This document shows, piece by piece, positions 50,106 through 59,392 of a stretch of 64,000 nucleotides of DNA. Each line of letters begins with the position of its first letter. The stretch's first letter is position 1. The position numbers were made by a program, and so were the translations under genes. The DNA is from an uncultured Anaerolineales bacterium (lineage in GTDB: Bacteria; Chloroflexota; Anaerolineae; B4-G1). Location: NCBI GenBank assembly GCA_964649415.1, contig CAZYSK010000024.1:4711-68710 (forward strand), read 5' to 3'. The notes beneath the pieces were generated by a model. The model did not search any database. It had not been told where the DNA came from and was given only the letters and a program-made list of their open reading frames with translations.

Positions 50106-50224
50106 ACTGGAAACGTCAAACGTTGAGAGTTGTCATTGGCAAACCGGGCCGACTACCGCGGATGGAGAAATACACGATAGTACACTGGAAACGTCAAACG
50201 TTGAGAGTTGTCATTGGCAAACCG
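50106..50224. repeat. Two identical 41-nt direct repeats, family E (ACTGGAAACGTCAAACGTTGAGAGTTGTCATTGGCAAACCG), 78 nt apart
   Basis: Copies at 50106-50146 and 50184-50224, immediately upstream of the ABC ATPase gene. Each contains the small palindrome AACGT-CAA-ACGTT. Confidence 0.85.
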
Positions 50225-50473
50225 TGTACTGTGCTCATTATAGCAGCAGTTGGCTGATTTGTCATCGGACCGGCGGATGAATGCGAGTTGTACTTGGGTA
50301 CAGTGTGCGGCTGCGGGGCAGGGATGGCTGCGCTCATTCTTGACTCCAGGCTGCTTTTGTGGTAGAACGACACCGTTGTAGGTACAAAGTCCCGCAGGAA
50401 TGGAACCAGCCAGGATGCAGGGTGCCGGGGTGTATAACGTGCCCTGCTTCACCGCCAACCCCGGAGGTGTCGC

Positions 50474-51523
50474 ATGCGCGTTGACCAATTGGATACACCG
50501 GTCGCCATTGTTGATCTGGATCGGCTAGCTGCAAACATCGCCAGGCTCCAGCGCTACCTGGATGAGCACGGTATCGCCAACCGGCCTCACATCAAGACCC
50601 ACAAGATCCCAGAGATCGCCCACATGCAGCTCAACGCCGGGGCGGTGGGGATCACGTGTCAGAAGTTGGGGGAGGCCGAGGTAATGGTCCAAGCGGGGAT
50701 TCGCGATGTCTTCTTGCCCTACAACATCGTGGGCCAGGCCAAGCTGGAGCGCCTGATGTGTATGGCTCGTCGGGCGCGCATGAGCGTCACCGCCGATTCA
50801 GAGGTCGTCGTGCGAGGGCTCTCGAGCGCGGCACAGCGCGCGGGGTTGACCTTGCCAGTGCTGGTGGAGTGCGATACCGGTGGAAAGCGCTGTGGGGTTC
50901 AGTCGCCCCACGAGGCCGCCGATCTGGCGCGCGCCATTGCGCGGTCGCCTGGCCTGCGCTTTGGCGGCCTGATGACGTTCCCCAACGGCGAAGGCACCGA
51001 TCGCTTCGTGCGCGAAGCCAAGGCGCTGCTGGCCGCGGATGGGCTCTCGGTAGAGCGTGTCAGCGGCGGGGGAACGCCCTGTATGTGGCAGGCCCATACC
51101 CTGGAAATGCTCACCGAGCACCGGGCCGGCACGTACGTCTATGGCGACCGCTGCACCCTCAAGTCAGGCGCGATGCAACTGGAGGATGTCGCCTTCAAGG
51201 TCGTCACCACTGTCGTCAGCCGGCCCACGCCAGATCGGGGGATTCTCGATGCGGGGAGCAAGACCTTCTCCTCCGATCTGCCTGGGTTGAGAGGATACGG
51301 CATCATCTTGGAGTATCCCGAGGCCGAATTCTATGGTCTGTCGGAGGAGCACGGCCACGTTGACTTTTCGAGGTGCCAACGCAAGCCGAAAATCGGCGAC
51401 CGGCTCAGCGTTGTCCCGAATCACGTTTGTGTGGTCTCCAATCTCTTCAACGAGGTTGTCGGCGTTCGCCAAGACACGGTCGAGGTCGTGTGGCCGGTCG
51501 CGTGTCGTGGCGCGTTGGGCTAG
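50474..51523 (+). CDS. D-threonine aldolase / D-serine dehydratase-like PLP enzyme (alanine-racemase-fold)
   Basis: 349 aa. TPVAIVDLDRL..N, PLP-lysine motif RPHIKTHK, ITCQKLGEAE, HGHV near the C-terminus. GGAGG lies 6 nt before the ATG. Confidence 0.78.
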   Translation: MRVDQLDTPVAIVDLDRLAANIARLQRYLDEHGIANRPHIKTHKIPEIAHMQLNAGAVGITCQKLGEAEVMVQAGIRDVFLPYNIVGQAKLERLMCMARRARMSVTADSEVVVRGLSSAAQRAGLTLPVLVECDTGGKRCGVQSPHEAADLARAIARSPGLRFGGLMTFPNGEGTDRFVREAKALLAADGLSVERVSGGGTPCMWQAHTLEMLTEHRAGTYVYGDRCTLKSGAMQLEDVAFKVVTTVVSRPTPDRGILDAGSKTFSSDLPGLRGYGIILEYPEAEFYGLSEEHGHVDFSRCQRKPKIGDRLSVVPNHVCVVSNLFNEVVGVRQDTVEVVWPVACRGALG

Positions 51524-51634
51524 CACCCAGGTAGCCGTGGCACCCATCTGGCCAGTTGAGAGTGGGCCCCACCACGAATCACCACTCTTGATCTGCTGAA
51601 GCGTGCCAGGTTTCTCGACTCCTTCCTTGATTAT

Positions 51635-52672
51635 TCAGCGTGAGACACGTCCGGAGACGTCGCCGCCCATGAGTTTCTCGACCTCAGCGACGGTCACTAG
51701 ATTGAAGTCACCAAAGATCGAGTGTTTCAGGCAAGAAGCAGCCACGGCAAACTCGAGAGCCGTCTGCCGGTTTGCCCCATAGTTGCGCAGGCCATAGATT
51801 AGCCCTCCCACGAACGAATCTCCGCCCCCCACCCGGTCCACAATGTGGGTAATATCATAGATGGGAGCCACATAAAACTCTCCCTGATCCCACAGTACTC
51901 CTGACCAGGTATTGTGATTGGCCGAAATCGAGCCCCGCAAAGTGATGGCAACAGCATTCAGGTTAGAGAATCGCTTCTTCAATTCCTCACACACGTAGCG
52001 ATATCCATCGGCGTCGACCTTGCCCGCAATCACATTAACATCAGGTGCCTTGATGCCGAGCACCTTGTCGGCATCCTCCTCGTTGCCAACGGCCACATCA
52101 CAGTATTTCAATAACTCTGGCATCACTTGGTTCGGCTTCTTTCCCCATTTCCACAGCTTCCTGCGGTAGTTCAAGTCGCACGACACTGTGAGTCCCGATT
52201 CTTTCGCTACCTGAACTGCCTCCAGACAGGTGTCTGCTGCCCCTGCCGAGAGAGCTGGGGTGATACCGGTCCAGTGGAACCAGTCAGCGCCCGTGAAAAC
52301 CTTCTTCCAGTCAATCATTCCGCGTTCGATCGTAGCGATGGCTGAGTTGGCTCGGTCATACACCACCTTGCTAGCGCGCTGAATTGCACCTATCTCGAGA
52401 AAATAGGCACCCAGGCGGTCACCGCCGCGTACAATTTCGTCTACACCTACGCCGTGCTGTCGGAGGAACTGAATACACGCATCGCCCAGGTCGTTATCGG
52501 GCAGACGCGTGACGTAATCAACCGGCACCCCGAAATTGGCCAGTGACACAGCTACATTGGCCTCACCCCCGCCATAGCATACGTCAAATGAGCGTGCCTG
52601 CCCGAACCGTAAGAACCTCGGCGGCGATAACCGCATCATGATTTCGCCAAAGGTCACCACTTTCTTGGTCAT
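51635..52672 (-). CDS. kdgK: 2-dehydro-3-deoxygluconokinase
   Basis: 345 aa from ATG 52672. Near-collinear with Thermotoga-type KdgK: VVTFGEIMMRLSPP, YGGGEANVA, GAYFLEIGA.QR.SKVVYDR, VSCDLNYR.KLW, DRVGGGDSF, ASCLKH.I.GDF. Confidence 0.88.
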   Translation of the reverse strand: MTKKVVTFGEIMMRLSPPRFLRFGQARSFDVCYGGGEANVAVSLANFGVPVDYVTRLPDNDLGDACIQFLRQHGVGVDEIVRGGDRLGAYFLEIGAIQRASKVVYDRANSAIATIERGMIDWKKVFTGADWFHWTGITPALSAGAADTCLEAVQVAKESGLTVSCDLNYRRKLWKWGKKPNQVMPELLKYCDVAVGNEEDADKVLGIKAPDVNVIAGKVDADGYRYVCEELKKRFSNLNAVAITLRGSISANHNTWSGVLWDQGEFYVAPIYDITHIVDRVGGGDSFVGGLIYGLRNYGANRQTALEFAVAASCLKHSIFGDFNLVTVAEVEKLMGGDVSGRVSR

Positions 52673-52696
52673 TGTATCGGCCCCTATCGCAAATGT

Positions 52697-52726
52697 GCAG
52701 AACCGGCCTTCCCTGGCCGGTTCTGC
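52697..52726 (-). other. 12-bp intercistronic hairpin between kduD and kdgK
   Basis: GCAGAACCGGCC-TTCCCT-GGCCGGTTCTGC. It has no clear T-tract, so it may be a partial terminator or an mRNA stabiliser. Confidence 0.45.
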
Positions 52727-52809
52727 TACAATTCTGAACACATATCCGTCTCGATCACTTGGCCTATGCTTCGCCCTCCCCATAAGGGTAAGGCCAGGAT
52801 AAGTAAACT

Positions 52810-53577
52810 CTATCGAGCCAACCACCCGCCGTCCACCGGCACGATCGCGCCATGCATGTAATCCGAGGCTGACGAGGCCAAGAATACTACTACTCCCACC
52901 AAATCGGTTGGTTCTCCCCACCGGCCTGTCGGGATGTGGGCCAGGATGGCCTGACTGCGTTGTGGGTCGGCGCGTAGGGGAGCGGTGTTGTCGGTCGCCA
53001 TATAGCCCGGCGCGATGGCGTTCACGTTGATGCCCTTCGATGCCCATTCGTTGGCCAGGGCGCGGGTGAGCCCGGCTACCCCGCTCTTGGCCGCCGTGTA
53101 GGAGGGAACCAGAATCCCGCCCTGAAACGAGAGCATGGAGGCCACGTTGATGACCTTTCCTTTCCCCTGCTGGTCCATCACGCGGGCCACGGCCTGCGAG
53201 AGGAAGAAGAGCGCCTTCAGGTTGATCTGAAGCACATCGTCCCAGTATTGCTCGCTGAATTCAAGCGCAGGCGCGCGGCGGATGATCCCGGCGTTGTTGA
53301 CCAGGACGTCCAGCCGTCCCAGTTTGCGGACTACCTGATCGACCACCTCGTTCAGCCGGGCGACAGTGGCCTCCCGTAGATCGCACTGCACCGGCAGAAA
53401 GCGCCTGCCCAATGCTTCCACCTGAGCCTGTGTGTCCTCGTAGCGGGTCAGATACAGACCGGCGATTTCCGCACCGGCCTCTGCCAGTCCAACGGCCATA
53501 GCCTGTCCCAGACCCCGTCCCGCACCGGTGACCATGGCGACCTTTCCGTCTAGCTGAAACAAGTCTAGTATGCCCAT
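52810..53577 (-). CDS. kduD: 2-dehydro-3-deoxy-D-gluconate 5-dehydrogenase (SDR)
   Basis: 255 aa. Strongly collinear with E. coli KduD: GKVAMVTGAGRGLGQ, VNNAGIIRR, INVASMLSFQGG, VPSYTAAKSG, NAIAPGYMATDNT, VDGGWLAR. Confidence 0.9.
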   Translation of the reverse strand: MGILDLFQLDGKVAMVTGAGRGLGQAMAVGLAEAGAEIAGLYLTRYEDTQAQVEALGRRFLPVQCDLREATVARLNEVVDQVVRKLGRLDVLVNNAGIIRRAPALEFSEQYWDDVLQINLKALFFLSQAVARVMDQQGKGKVINVASMLSFQGGILVPSYTAAKSGVAGLTRALANEWASKGINVNAIAPGYMATDNTAPLRADPQRSQAILAHIPTGRWGEPTDLVGVVVFLASSASDYMHGAIVPVDGGWLAR

Positions 53578-53696
53578 CTCAATGTCTCCTTAAATATGCA
53601 ATGTAATACGACTGGTTGGGGCTGTTGGCCCCTGGCAATGGGTGGAGGTTTTTATCAAGCCAATGGCTATTTTCGTTTGTGCCGTTGCGAGGATGA

Positions 53697-54716
53697 TTAA
53701 GCGATGAGGATTTTCCCCCGATTCTTTCCCTCCTTCATGGTCTGAAGCGATGTTTCCAATTCGTCCAGGCTGCGCAGTTCGTAGATCAGCTGGTCCACAT
53801 CAAACAGTTTGGTTATGCCCTCCAGTATTTTGGTGGTTCGCTTAAAGTGATCGAAACTGTAGACTCTACTCCCGATGATGGTCAGTTCTTTGAATATCAC
53901 CTGTAAGATATCGCACTCTGGTTTGCTGGCGGGGAATCCCACTGGGACGATAGTGCCCCTGATCCTGCAAGCTTGGGTCGCCATCAATTGTCCTGCTTGC
54001 GACCCTGACACTTCAAAAACGATGTCAAAGCCGATGTCTTCGGTAAGTTCACTGATACGGGCTATGGCGCCTTCTTCAGTGGGGTTAACGGCAGTGAAGC
54101 CAAATTCTCGGATCATCTCCACTCTGGCTGGATTGATCTCTGAGAAGACAACCTGGGCCGCTCCACTCATTTTCGCCACCATGCCCACAATTAAACCAAT
54201 GGGACCACCGCCAATGACGAGGGCCGTGTCCCCAATACCTAATCCTGCCCTTTGATTGACGTGAAAGCCGACCGCAAAGGGTTCGGTGAGAGCCGCAACG
54301 CTATCAGGTAGCGTGTTGTTGACTTTGATCACCTTGTCTGCCGGCACTTTGACGTATTCTGCAAACCCGCCATTGATATGAATCCCCAGAAGCTTCAGGT
54401 TTCGGCATACGTGCCAGTTTCCTTCCTGGCAGGCTTCACACACGCCGCAGCTGATCAAGGGACAGACCACAACTTTGTCTCCAACTGCCACATCAGTTGG
54501 ACCTTGCGGCTTTATCTCTTCCACAATACCGACGAACTCGTGGCCTAATACGAGCGGTGTGACCGCAGTAGGATGATGCCCCTCATATATGTGCACATCT
54601 GAGCCACATATGCTTGCACATTTTACTCTTATCAAGCATTCTCCCTCGCTGATTTCCGGCACTGGGATGTCTTGAAGTTCGATATGTTTCCATTCAGTCA
54701 ATACCGCTGCTTTCAT
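53697..54716 (-). CDS. Zinc-dependent medium-chain alcohol/polyol dehydrogenase
   Basis: 339 aa. CGSD.H, GHEFVG, the structural zinc site CGVCEACQEGNWHVC, and the NAD site VIGGGPIGL. Confidence 0.85.
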   Translation of the reverse strand: MKAAVLTEWKHIELQDIPVPEISEGECLIRVKCASICGSDVHIYEGHHPTAVTPLVLGHEFVGIVEEIKPQGPTDVAVGDKVVVCPLISCGVCEACQEGNWHVCRNLKLLGIHINGGFAEYVKVPADKVIKVNNTLPDSVAALTEPFAVGFHVNQRAGLGIGDTALVIGGGPIGLIVGMVAKMSGAAQVVFSEINPARVEMIREFGFTAVNPTEEGAIARISELTEDIGFDIVFEVSGSQAGQLMATQACRIRGTIVPVGFPASKPECDILQVIFKELTIIGSRVYSFDHFKRTTKILEGITKLFDVDQLIYELRSLDELETSLQTMKEGKNRGKILIA

Positions 54717-54834
54717 CGTAATGCACCTCCTGGGAAATGTTTGAGGTTCACGGGGCCAAGCTGTTTCCTACACGAATAGGGTAGACTACCAACTCACGGG
54801 GTTGGTCTTGGCGAATTTTCGGTATTTCATGTCG

Positions 54835-54845
54835 CCCCCCCCCCC
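54835..54845. repeat. Homopolymeric C11 tract (G11 on the coding strand)
   Basis: Eleven consecutive C residues between the uxuA stop (54860) and the dehydrogenase start (54716). Confidence 0.9.
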
Positions 54846-54859
54846 GTGTCTTGACCCGG

Positions 54860-55825
54860 TCACGAAGCCGCTGCAAGCAGGGCCGTCATGTATCCAATCG
54901 CGTAGGCTCGCCCTCGGTGCCCCCACGGTGTGTCACCTGCCATTTGCGGTACGTGGTCGGGCAAAAGGGATCCGGTGAACCCCACCTCTCTGAGGGTCCT
55001 CACTACCTCGAACAAGTCAGTGTTCCCCTCATTGATGAAACACTCTTGAAACCCGGGTACTGCACCTTGCACGTCTCGAAAGTGTATGTAAAAGATTTTA
55101 TCTCGCTCTCCAAAGTAACGGATAGACTCGATCACTCCCGTGCCCATCTCAGACAGGCAACCCAGACACAGATTCAGACCGTGCACAGGACTTTCTATGA
55201 CTTCCATTGCCCGCTTGAGACCCTCGAAATTACGAAAGATGCGTGCGATCCCGCCCAGGGACTCAACCGGTGGGTCGTCTGGGTGGAGGGCTAACTTGAC
55301 ACCCGCCTGCTCCGCAACGGGGACGATGGCTCTCACAAAGTACTCATAGTTGGCCCACATCGCCTCCTCGGTGTATATCCGGTTATGGGATAGCGGTGCA
55401 TTCTTGGCCAGTTCCATATCAAAGCTCATGCACTTTGCACCACCTCTGCCGAGTGTGGTGCGCGATGTCCGCCACACGAAGTTGGGCATCCAGTGGTAGC
55501 TGAAGATTGAGATGCCGGCTCGGCCCATGTTCTCGATAGTAGTGGCCAGTTGATCGATTTCCTCGTCCCGTCCCGGTAGCCCCAGCATAACCTTGTCATA
55601 GGAGCCAATCGGAACACCCTCAATTGCCTCCAATATCAGCCCGGCGTCTTCGCACCGTGTTCGAAGATGTAGCAGATCCATGAACCGATAATGCTTCTCG
55701 TTGAACAGAAGCGGTCTGCTGAGATGAACCACGTCCACGCCGAGCTGCTTGATGAAGTGTAACGTCTCGTCAGTCAGGTCCTCGACGTGGCGTAATTCCT
55801 TAATATGTCCTAGAGCCAGCCTCAT
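54860..55825 (-). CDS. uxuA: Mannonate dehydratase (UxuA family)
   Basis: 321 aa from ATG 55825. TIM-barrel UxuA pattern, including HFRDVQG, FQECFINEGNTD, LLPDHVPQM and GRAYAIGYM. Confidence 0.8.
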   Translation of the reverse strand: MRLALGHIKELRHVEDLTDETLHFIKQLGVDVVHLSRPLLFNEKHYRFMDLLHLRTRCEDAGLILEAIEGVPIGSYDKVMLGLPGRDEEIDQLATTIENMGRAGISIFSYHWMPNFVWRTSRTTLGRGGAKCMSFDMELAKNAPLSHNRIYTEEAMWANYEYFVRAIVPVAEQAGVKLALHPDDPPVESLGGIARIFRNFEGLKRAMEVIESPVHGLNLCLGCLSEMGTGVIESIRYFGERDKIFYIHFRDVQGAVPGFQECFINEGNTDLFEVVRTLREVGFTGSLLPDHVPQMAGDTPWGHRGRAYAIGYMTALLAAAS

Positions 55826-55964
55826 TTTCTTTTCCACGATGATCTTATTCCTTTTTTGCGAATTAGCAGAGAGCACAAACTGTCGCTCAACTTAATTGTA
55901 CTGTGCCGTTGGACTTCCAGGATAGCGCGTGCAGCATAGGTGGGTCATTTCCTTTGGGGACTGA

Positions 55965-57077
55965 CTACCAGTCTGTTACGCTGCCGTCGTCATCGTGGAA
56001 CCAGGAAGTGAGCGCAAAGTCGCCGTCGAAGGACCCCTTGAGAGCCTCTTCGTCAATCTCAAATCCAAGCCCTGGTTTCTGGGGAAGTTCGATGTATCCG
56101 TCCTTCACCTCCCAGTCTTCTTTGAGAATGCCCCAACCGCAAGTATAGTCGTGTAGCTCCTGGATCAAGAAATTTGGGATGCAGGCATCCAATTGGAGAG
56201 AGGCAGCGAAAGCTACTGGCCCGATGGCAGAGTGAGGTGCCAGGTAAATATAGTACATCTCTGCCAGTGCGGCAATTTTCCTTGTCTCCAAGATGCCTCC
56301 CGCATGAGCGAGGTCTGGCTGCAGGATAGCTGCTGCCTGCTTTTCGACGATGTCCCGGAAACCCCATCGGGTGATCAGCCGCTCGCCGGTGGCGATGGGA
56401 ATAGTGGTGGAGCGGGCGATAGTGGCCAGCACATCAGGGTTTTCCTGAGGAACCGGCTCCTCCACCCATAAAGGATGTGCATCCTCGAGTTCTTTGCACA
56501 CTCGGATGGCTTGAGCCGGACTCATCTTTCCGTGCAGTTCCACAGCGATATCTACGCTTGGGCCCACGTGCTCCCTCGCCTTGTAGACCAGGTCGATGAA
56601 TTCCTGTGTGCGCTGAGGTGTCTCGATGCCGTGCCATTTTCCCGGCACTTTACACTTGATCGCTTTGAACCCTTTCTCCTTGACGAGATAGTCCATACGA
56701 TCGTAGTCATCCCAAGCAGAGTGCGCGTACACCTTGATCCGATCACGTGTGGGACCACCCAGGAGCCAGTACGAAGGTACACCGAAGTGTTTTCCGGCGA
56801 TGTCGTACAGCGCGTGCTCAATGCCGGAGATCGCGGTCATGTTCTGGGGACCCCCACGGTAAAAAGCGCTACGATACATACTCTGCCAGTGATGTTCGAT
56901 TCTGAGGGGGTCTTGGCCGATCAAATAGCCTGACAGTTCCTTGACAGCCGCCGAGGCACTATCCAATTTCCCCTCTAGAGTGATCTCGCCCCAACCCACC
57001 AACCCGGTGTCGGTGGTCACTTTCACGAGCTGGCAACGGTGTCTAAGCCTGTACTGCTCGATGCTCACGATTCTCAT
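55965..57077 (-). CDS. Enolase-superfamily dehydratase, galactonate-dehydratase (DgoD)-like
   Basis: 370 aa. LVKVTTDTGLVGWGE, HWQSMYRSAFYRGGP, SGIEHALYDIAGK, LLGGPTRD. Metal/acid-base residues are in the usual MR/MLE positions. Confidence 0.82.
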   Translation of the reverse strand: MRIVSIEQYRLRHRCQLVKVTTDTGLVGWGEITLEGKLDSASAAVKELSGYLIGQDPLRIEHHWQSMYRSAFYRGGPQNMTAISGIEHALYDIAGKHFGVPSYWLLGGPTRDRIKVYAHSAWDDYDRMDYLVKEKGFKAIKCKVPGKWHGIETPQRTQEFIDLVYKAREHVGPSVDIAVELHGKMSPAQAIRVCKELEDAHPLWVEEPVPQENPDVLATIARSTTIPIATGERLITRWGFRDIVEKQAAAILQPDLAHAGGILETRKIAALAEMYYIYLAPHSAIGPVAFAASLQLDACIPNFLIQELHDYTCGWGILKEDWEVKDGYIELPQKPGLGFEIDEEALKGSFDGDFALTSWFHDDDGSVTDW

Positions 57078-57128
57078 AGTATCTCCTCATTCGACATTGT
57101 ATGGTTCCCGGTCAAGGTGCTCCCAATG

Positions 57129-57977
57129 TCAGGCCTCATTGGATTGGAGACCACCCTTTCGCGGGCCGATCAAGTTGTAGATGGTGTCCAAGACAGCAAG
57201 CTGGGCTACGCGAGAGGGACTCAAGTTCGCAGCCATAAGCCCTCCCGGTGTGCCAGTGACGAGTTTTATGTCCGAGATTTCGGTGATGGGTGTGCCTGCG
57301 AAATTGGTGAGGCAAATAGTGGTGCTTCCGCTTTCTTTGGCCTCAGCCAATACATCAACGATAGCTTTGTTGGAGCCTCCAAATGAAATCCCGATAGCTA
57401 CCGCTGTGGGTCCGGCCAGCGAAGCTTGAGTCATTTGAGAGGCGACATCGGGATGAGCTGTCGCCAAGTATCCCATGCGCATAAGCTTGAAGGCTGAGAG
57501 TTGTGCTATGCGCATCGAACCGCCGATGGAAAAAAGGTGCACACACTCGGCAGCCGATATGGCCTCCACTGCTCGGGCCAATTCGTCGACGTCCAGAACT
57601 GTAAGCACGTTTTGCAGTGCCTGTGAACAGAGGGATACAACCTTTGACAGCACATCTGTAGGCGAGTCTTCAGGGGAGAAGGGCGCGGTTACTGGCGACT
57701 TGGAACTGGCGACCTCCTGGAGCAGTGCCTCCCTGAATGCGGATAAACCTTCATATCCTACTTTCCGTACGAAGCGAATGACCGACGCTTCACTGACGCC
57801 GCACCGACGGCCTAACTCTCGTGATGAGAAACTGGCAACTGCTGTTGGGTAACTGATGGTTAAATCGGCTATGGCCCGGTCGGCCCGGGTGAAGTGAGGA
57901 TACAGTGTGTGAATTCTCGCGGTGCACGTCGTTTCACCCCTAGACGATTGTGTCAAGAGAGTTTCAGTCATTTTCAT
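57129..57977 (-). CDS. RpiR/MurR-family transcriptional regulator (HTH + SIS domain)
   Basis: 282 aa. HTH region SSRELGRRCGVSEASVIRFVRKVGYEG. SIS domain with VHLFSIGGS and ISFGGSN. Confidence 0.88.
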   Translation of the reverse strand: MKMTETLLTQSSRGETTCTARIHTLYPHFTRADRAIADLTISYPTAVASFSSRELGRRCGVSEASVIRFVRKVGYEGLSAFREALLQEVASSKSPVTAPFSPEDSPTDVLSKVVSLCSQALQNVLTVLDVDELARAVEAISAAECVHLFSIGGSMRIAQLSAFKLMRMGYLATAHPDVASQMTQASLAGPTAVAIGISFGGSNKAIVDVLAEAKESGSTTICLTNFAGTPITEISDIKLVTGTPGGLMAANLSPSRVAQLAVLDTIYNLIGPRKGGLQSNEA

Positions 57978-58036
57978 ACCTCGTCAGTTGCTACACTGAA
58001 TGTCGGTTCTATGTAACACAGACCTTCACTGGCGTC

Positions 58037-58065
58037 ATTCTACCATAATCGATCCATAATGTCAA
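58037..58065 (-). promoter_or_regulatory. Sigma70-like promoter for rpiR (TTGACA-17 nt-TAGAAT on the minus strand)
   Basis: -35 at 58065-58060 and -10 at 58042-58037, read on the minus strand. Confidence 0.55.
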
Positions 58066-58137
58066 GCATAGATGTAACAAACGGCCCCTGATTGTGGTAT
58101 TTAAACCTTAAAAAACGCGATTTTGTTACACTAGTGC

Positions 58138-58166
58138 TTGACAGTATGTAACAGCTATGATATAAT
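58138..58166 (+). promoter_or_regulatory. Consensus sigma70 promoter for the sugar ABC operon (TTGACA-17 nt-TATAAT)
   Basis: TTGACA 58138-58143, 17-nt spacer, TATAAT 58161-58166. A TGTAACA box sits in the spacer. Confidence 0.6.
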
Positions 58167-58329
58167 ATCCACTGTGTTACATTTTGTCTCGATAAATGTA
58201 ACAGTTACTCTGGGCTGAGTTCAACCAGCAAAGAGCCACGCGCTGAATGAGTGAGATTGAGGATGTGCATTGGCTCAACTCGCAAGGCTGGTTCTGCTGG
58301 TTCTGATCGTAAAGATGGAGAATCATGAC

Positions 58330-59247
58330 ATGTTATTTCAGAGTGTTCCGATCTCAACTCATCACCCTGATCACCGTACACCAATCTGGTACAGACGTAG
58401 GAATCGTATTGCCAAGACGCTGCGGATAGCCAATAGAGCAGCAGCCTATCTACTGCTCATTATCTTGGTGTCCAGTATGGCGCTGCCGCTCTTCTGGATG
58501 CTTATGTCGTCTCTCAAGACGGACGGTGAGCTCCTTTCTTACCCACCTACGATCTTCCCCCAGAAGTGGACTCTGGAACACTATCGGATACTGTTCGACA
58601 CCACACTGTTCCCGATATGGTTCCGCAACAGTCTTCTTGTTTCTATCGGCACTACGTTGACCTCGATTGCGGTGAGCGTCGCGGGAGCGTATGCCTTCTC
58701 GAGATTCCGTTACCGGGCGTTTGAAGTGTTCTCCCGCGTGATCCTGTTTGCCTACATGGTACCCCGAGTTCTGCTCCTCATCCCAGTGTTCAAGATTATC
58801 TATTCACTCAAACTGAACGACTCCCTGTATGGGCTGCTGCTTACCAATAATGCTTTCCTAATCCCGTATGGTCTTTGGACACTGCGTTCCTACTTCGCCG
58901 GGATACCACACGAGATTGAGGAAGCAGCCTGGATAGACGGATGTAGCCGCTGGCGCGCTTTTGTCCACGCGGTCCTTCCTCAGGCACTTCCAGGCATCAT
59001 TTCTGCAGCCTTGTTCGCTTTCCATGTGGCCTGGAATGAATACCTCTTCTCCTCAGTTCTTCTTTGGTCATCCAATCACCAGACACTAAGTGCAGGCGTC
59101 GCAACTTTCATGGGCAAGGTTGGCCCTAACTCTTGGGGTTTGTTGATGGCTGCCTCGGTGATGATCACTTTGCCGGTTGTCATTCTGTTTTCTTTCATGC
59201 AGAGTTTCCTGGTAGCGGGATGGGGCGGAGGGGCGGTGAAAGGGTAG
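58330..59247 (+). CDS. Carbohydrate ABC transporter permease (MalG-like)
   Basis: 305 aa from ATG 58330 (GGAGAA 7 nt upstream; TTG 58270 and ATG 58315 are alternatives). Six TM segments. EAA loop EEAAWIDGCSRWRAF. Confidence 0.85.
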   Translation: MLFQSVPISTHHPDHRTPIWYRRRNRIAKTLRIANRAAAYLLLIILVSSMALPLFWMLMSSLKTDGELLSYPPTIFPQKWTLEHYRILFDTTLFPIWFRNSLLVSIGTTLTSIAVSVAGAYAFSRFRYRAFEVFSRVILFAYMVPRVLLLIPVFKIIYSLKLNDSLYGLLLTNNAFLIPYGLWTLRSYFAGIPHEIEEAAWIDGCSRWRAFVHAVLPQALPGIISAALFAFHVAWNEYLFSSVLLWSSNHQTLSAGVATFMGKVGPNSWGLLMAASVMITLPVVILFSFMQSFLVAGWGGGAVKG

Positions 59248-59392
59248 ACCTAACTCTGACCCCGCCTGGGAGCGACACAATTAAAAGGAGGTGGATAGGG
59301 AAGGAGATACATGGCCAGTTCCGGTTGAGTACCGTTGGATGCTCTTTGGTCCAAAAGAACCGACATCAGAATCAAGAGAGGAGTACGCAACA

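Larger units (their letters stand above)
58012..58203. promoter_or_regulatory. Array of six TGTAACA/TGTTACA boxes (candidate RpiR operator sites)
   Basis: TGTAACA at 58012, 58073, 58147 and 58197. TGTTACA at 58124 and 58175. The boxes flank or overlap both divergent promoters. Confidence 0.5.
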
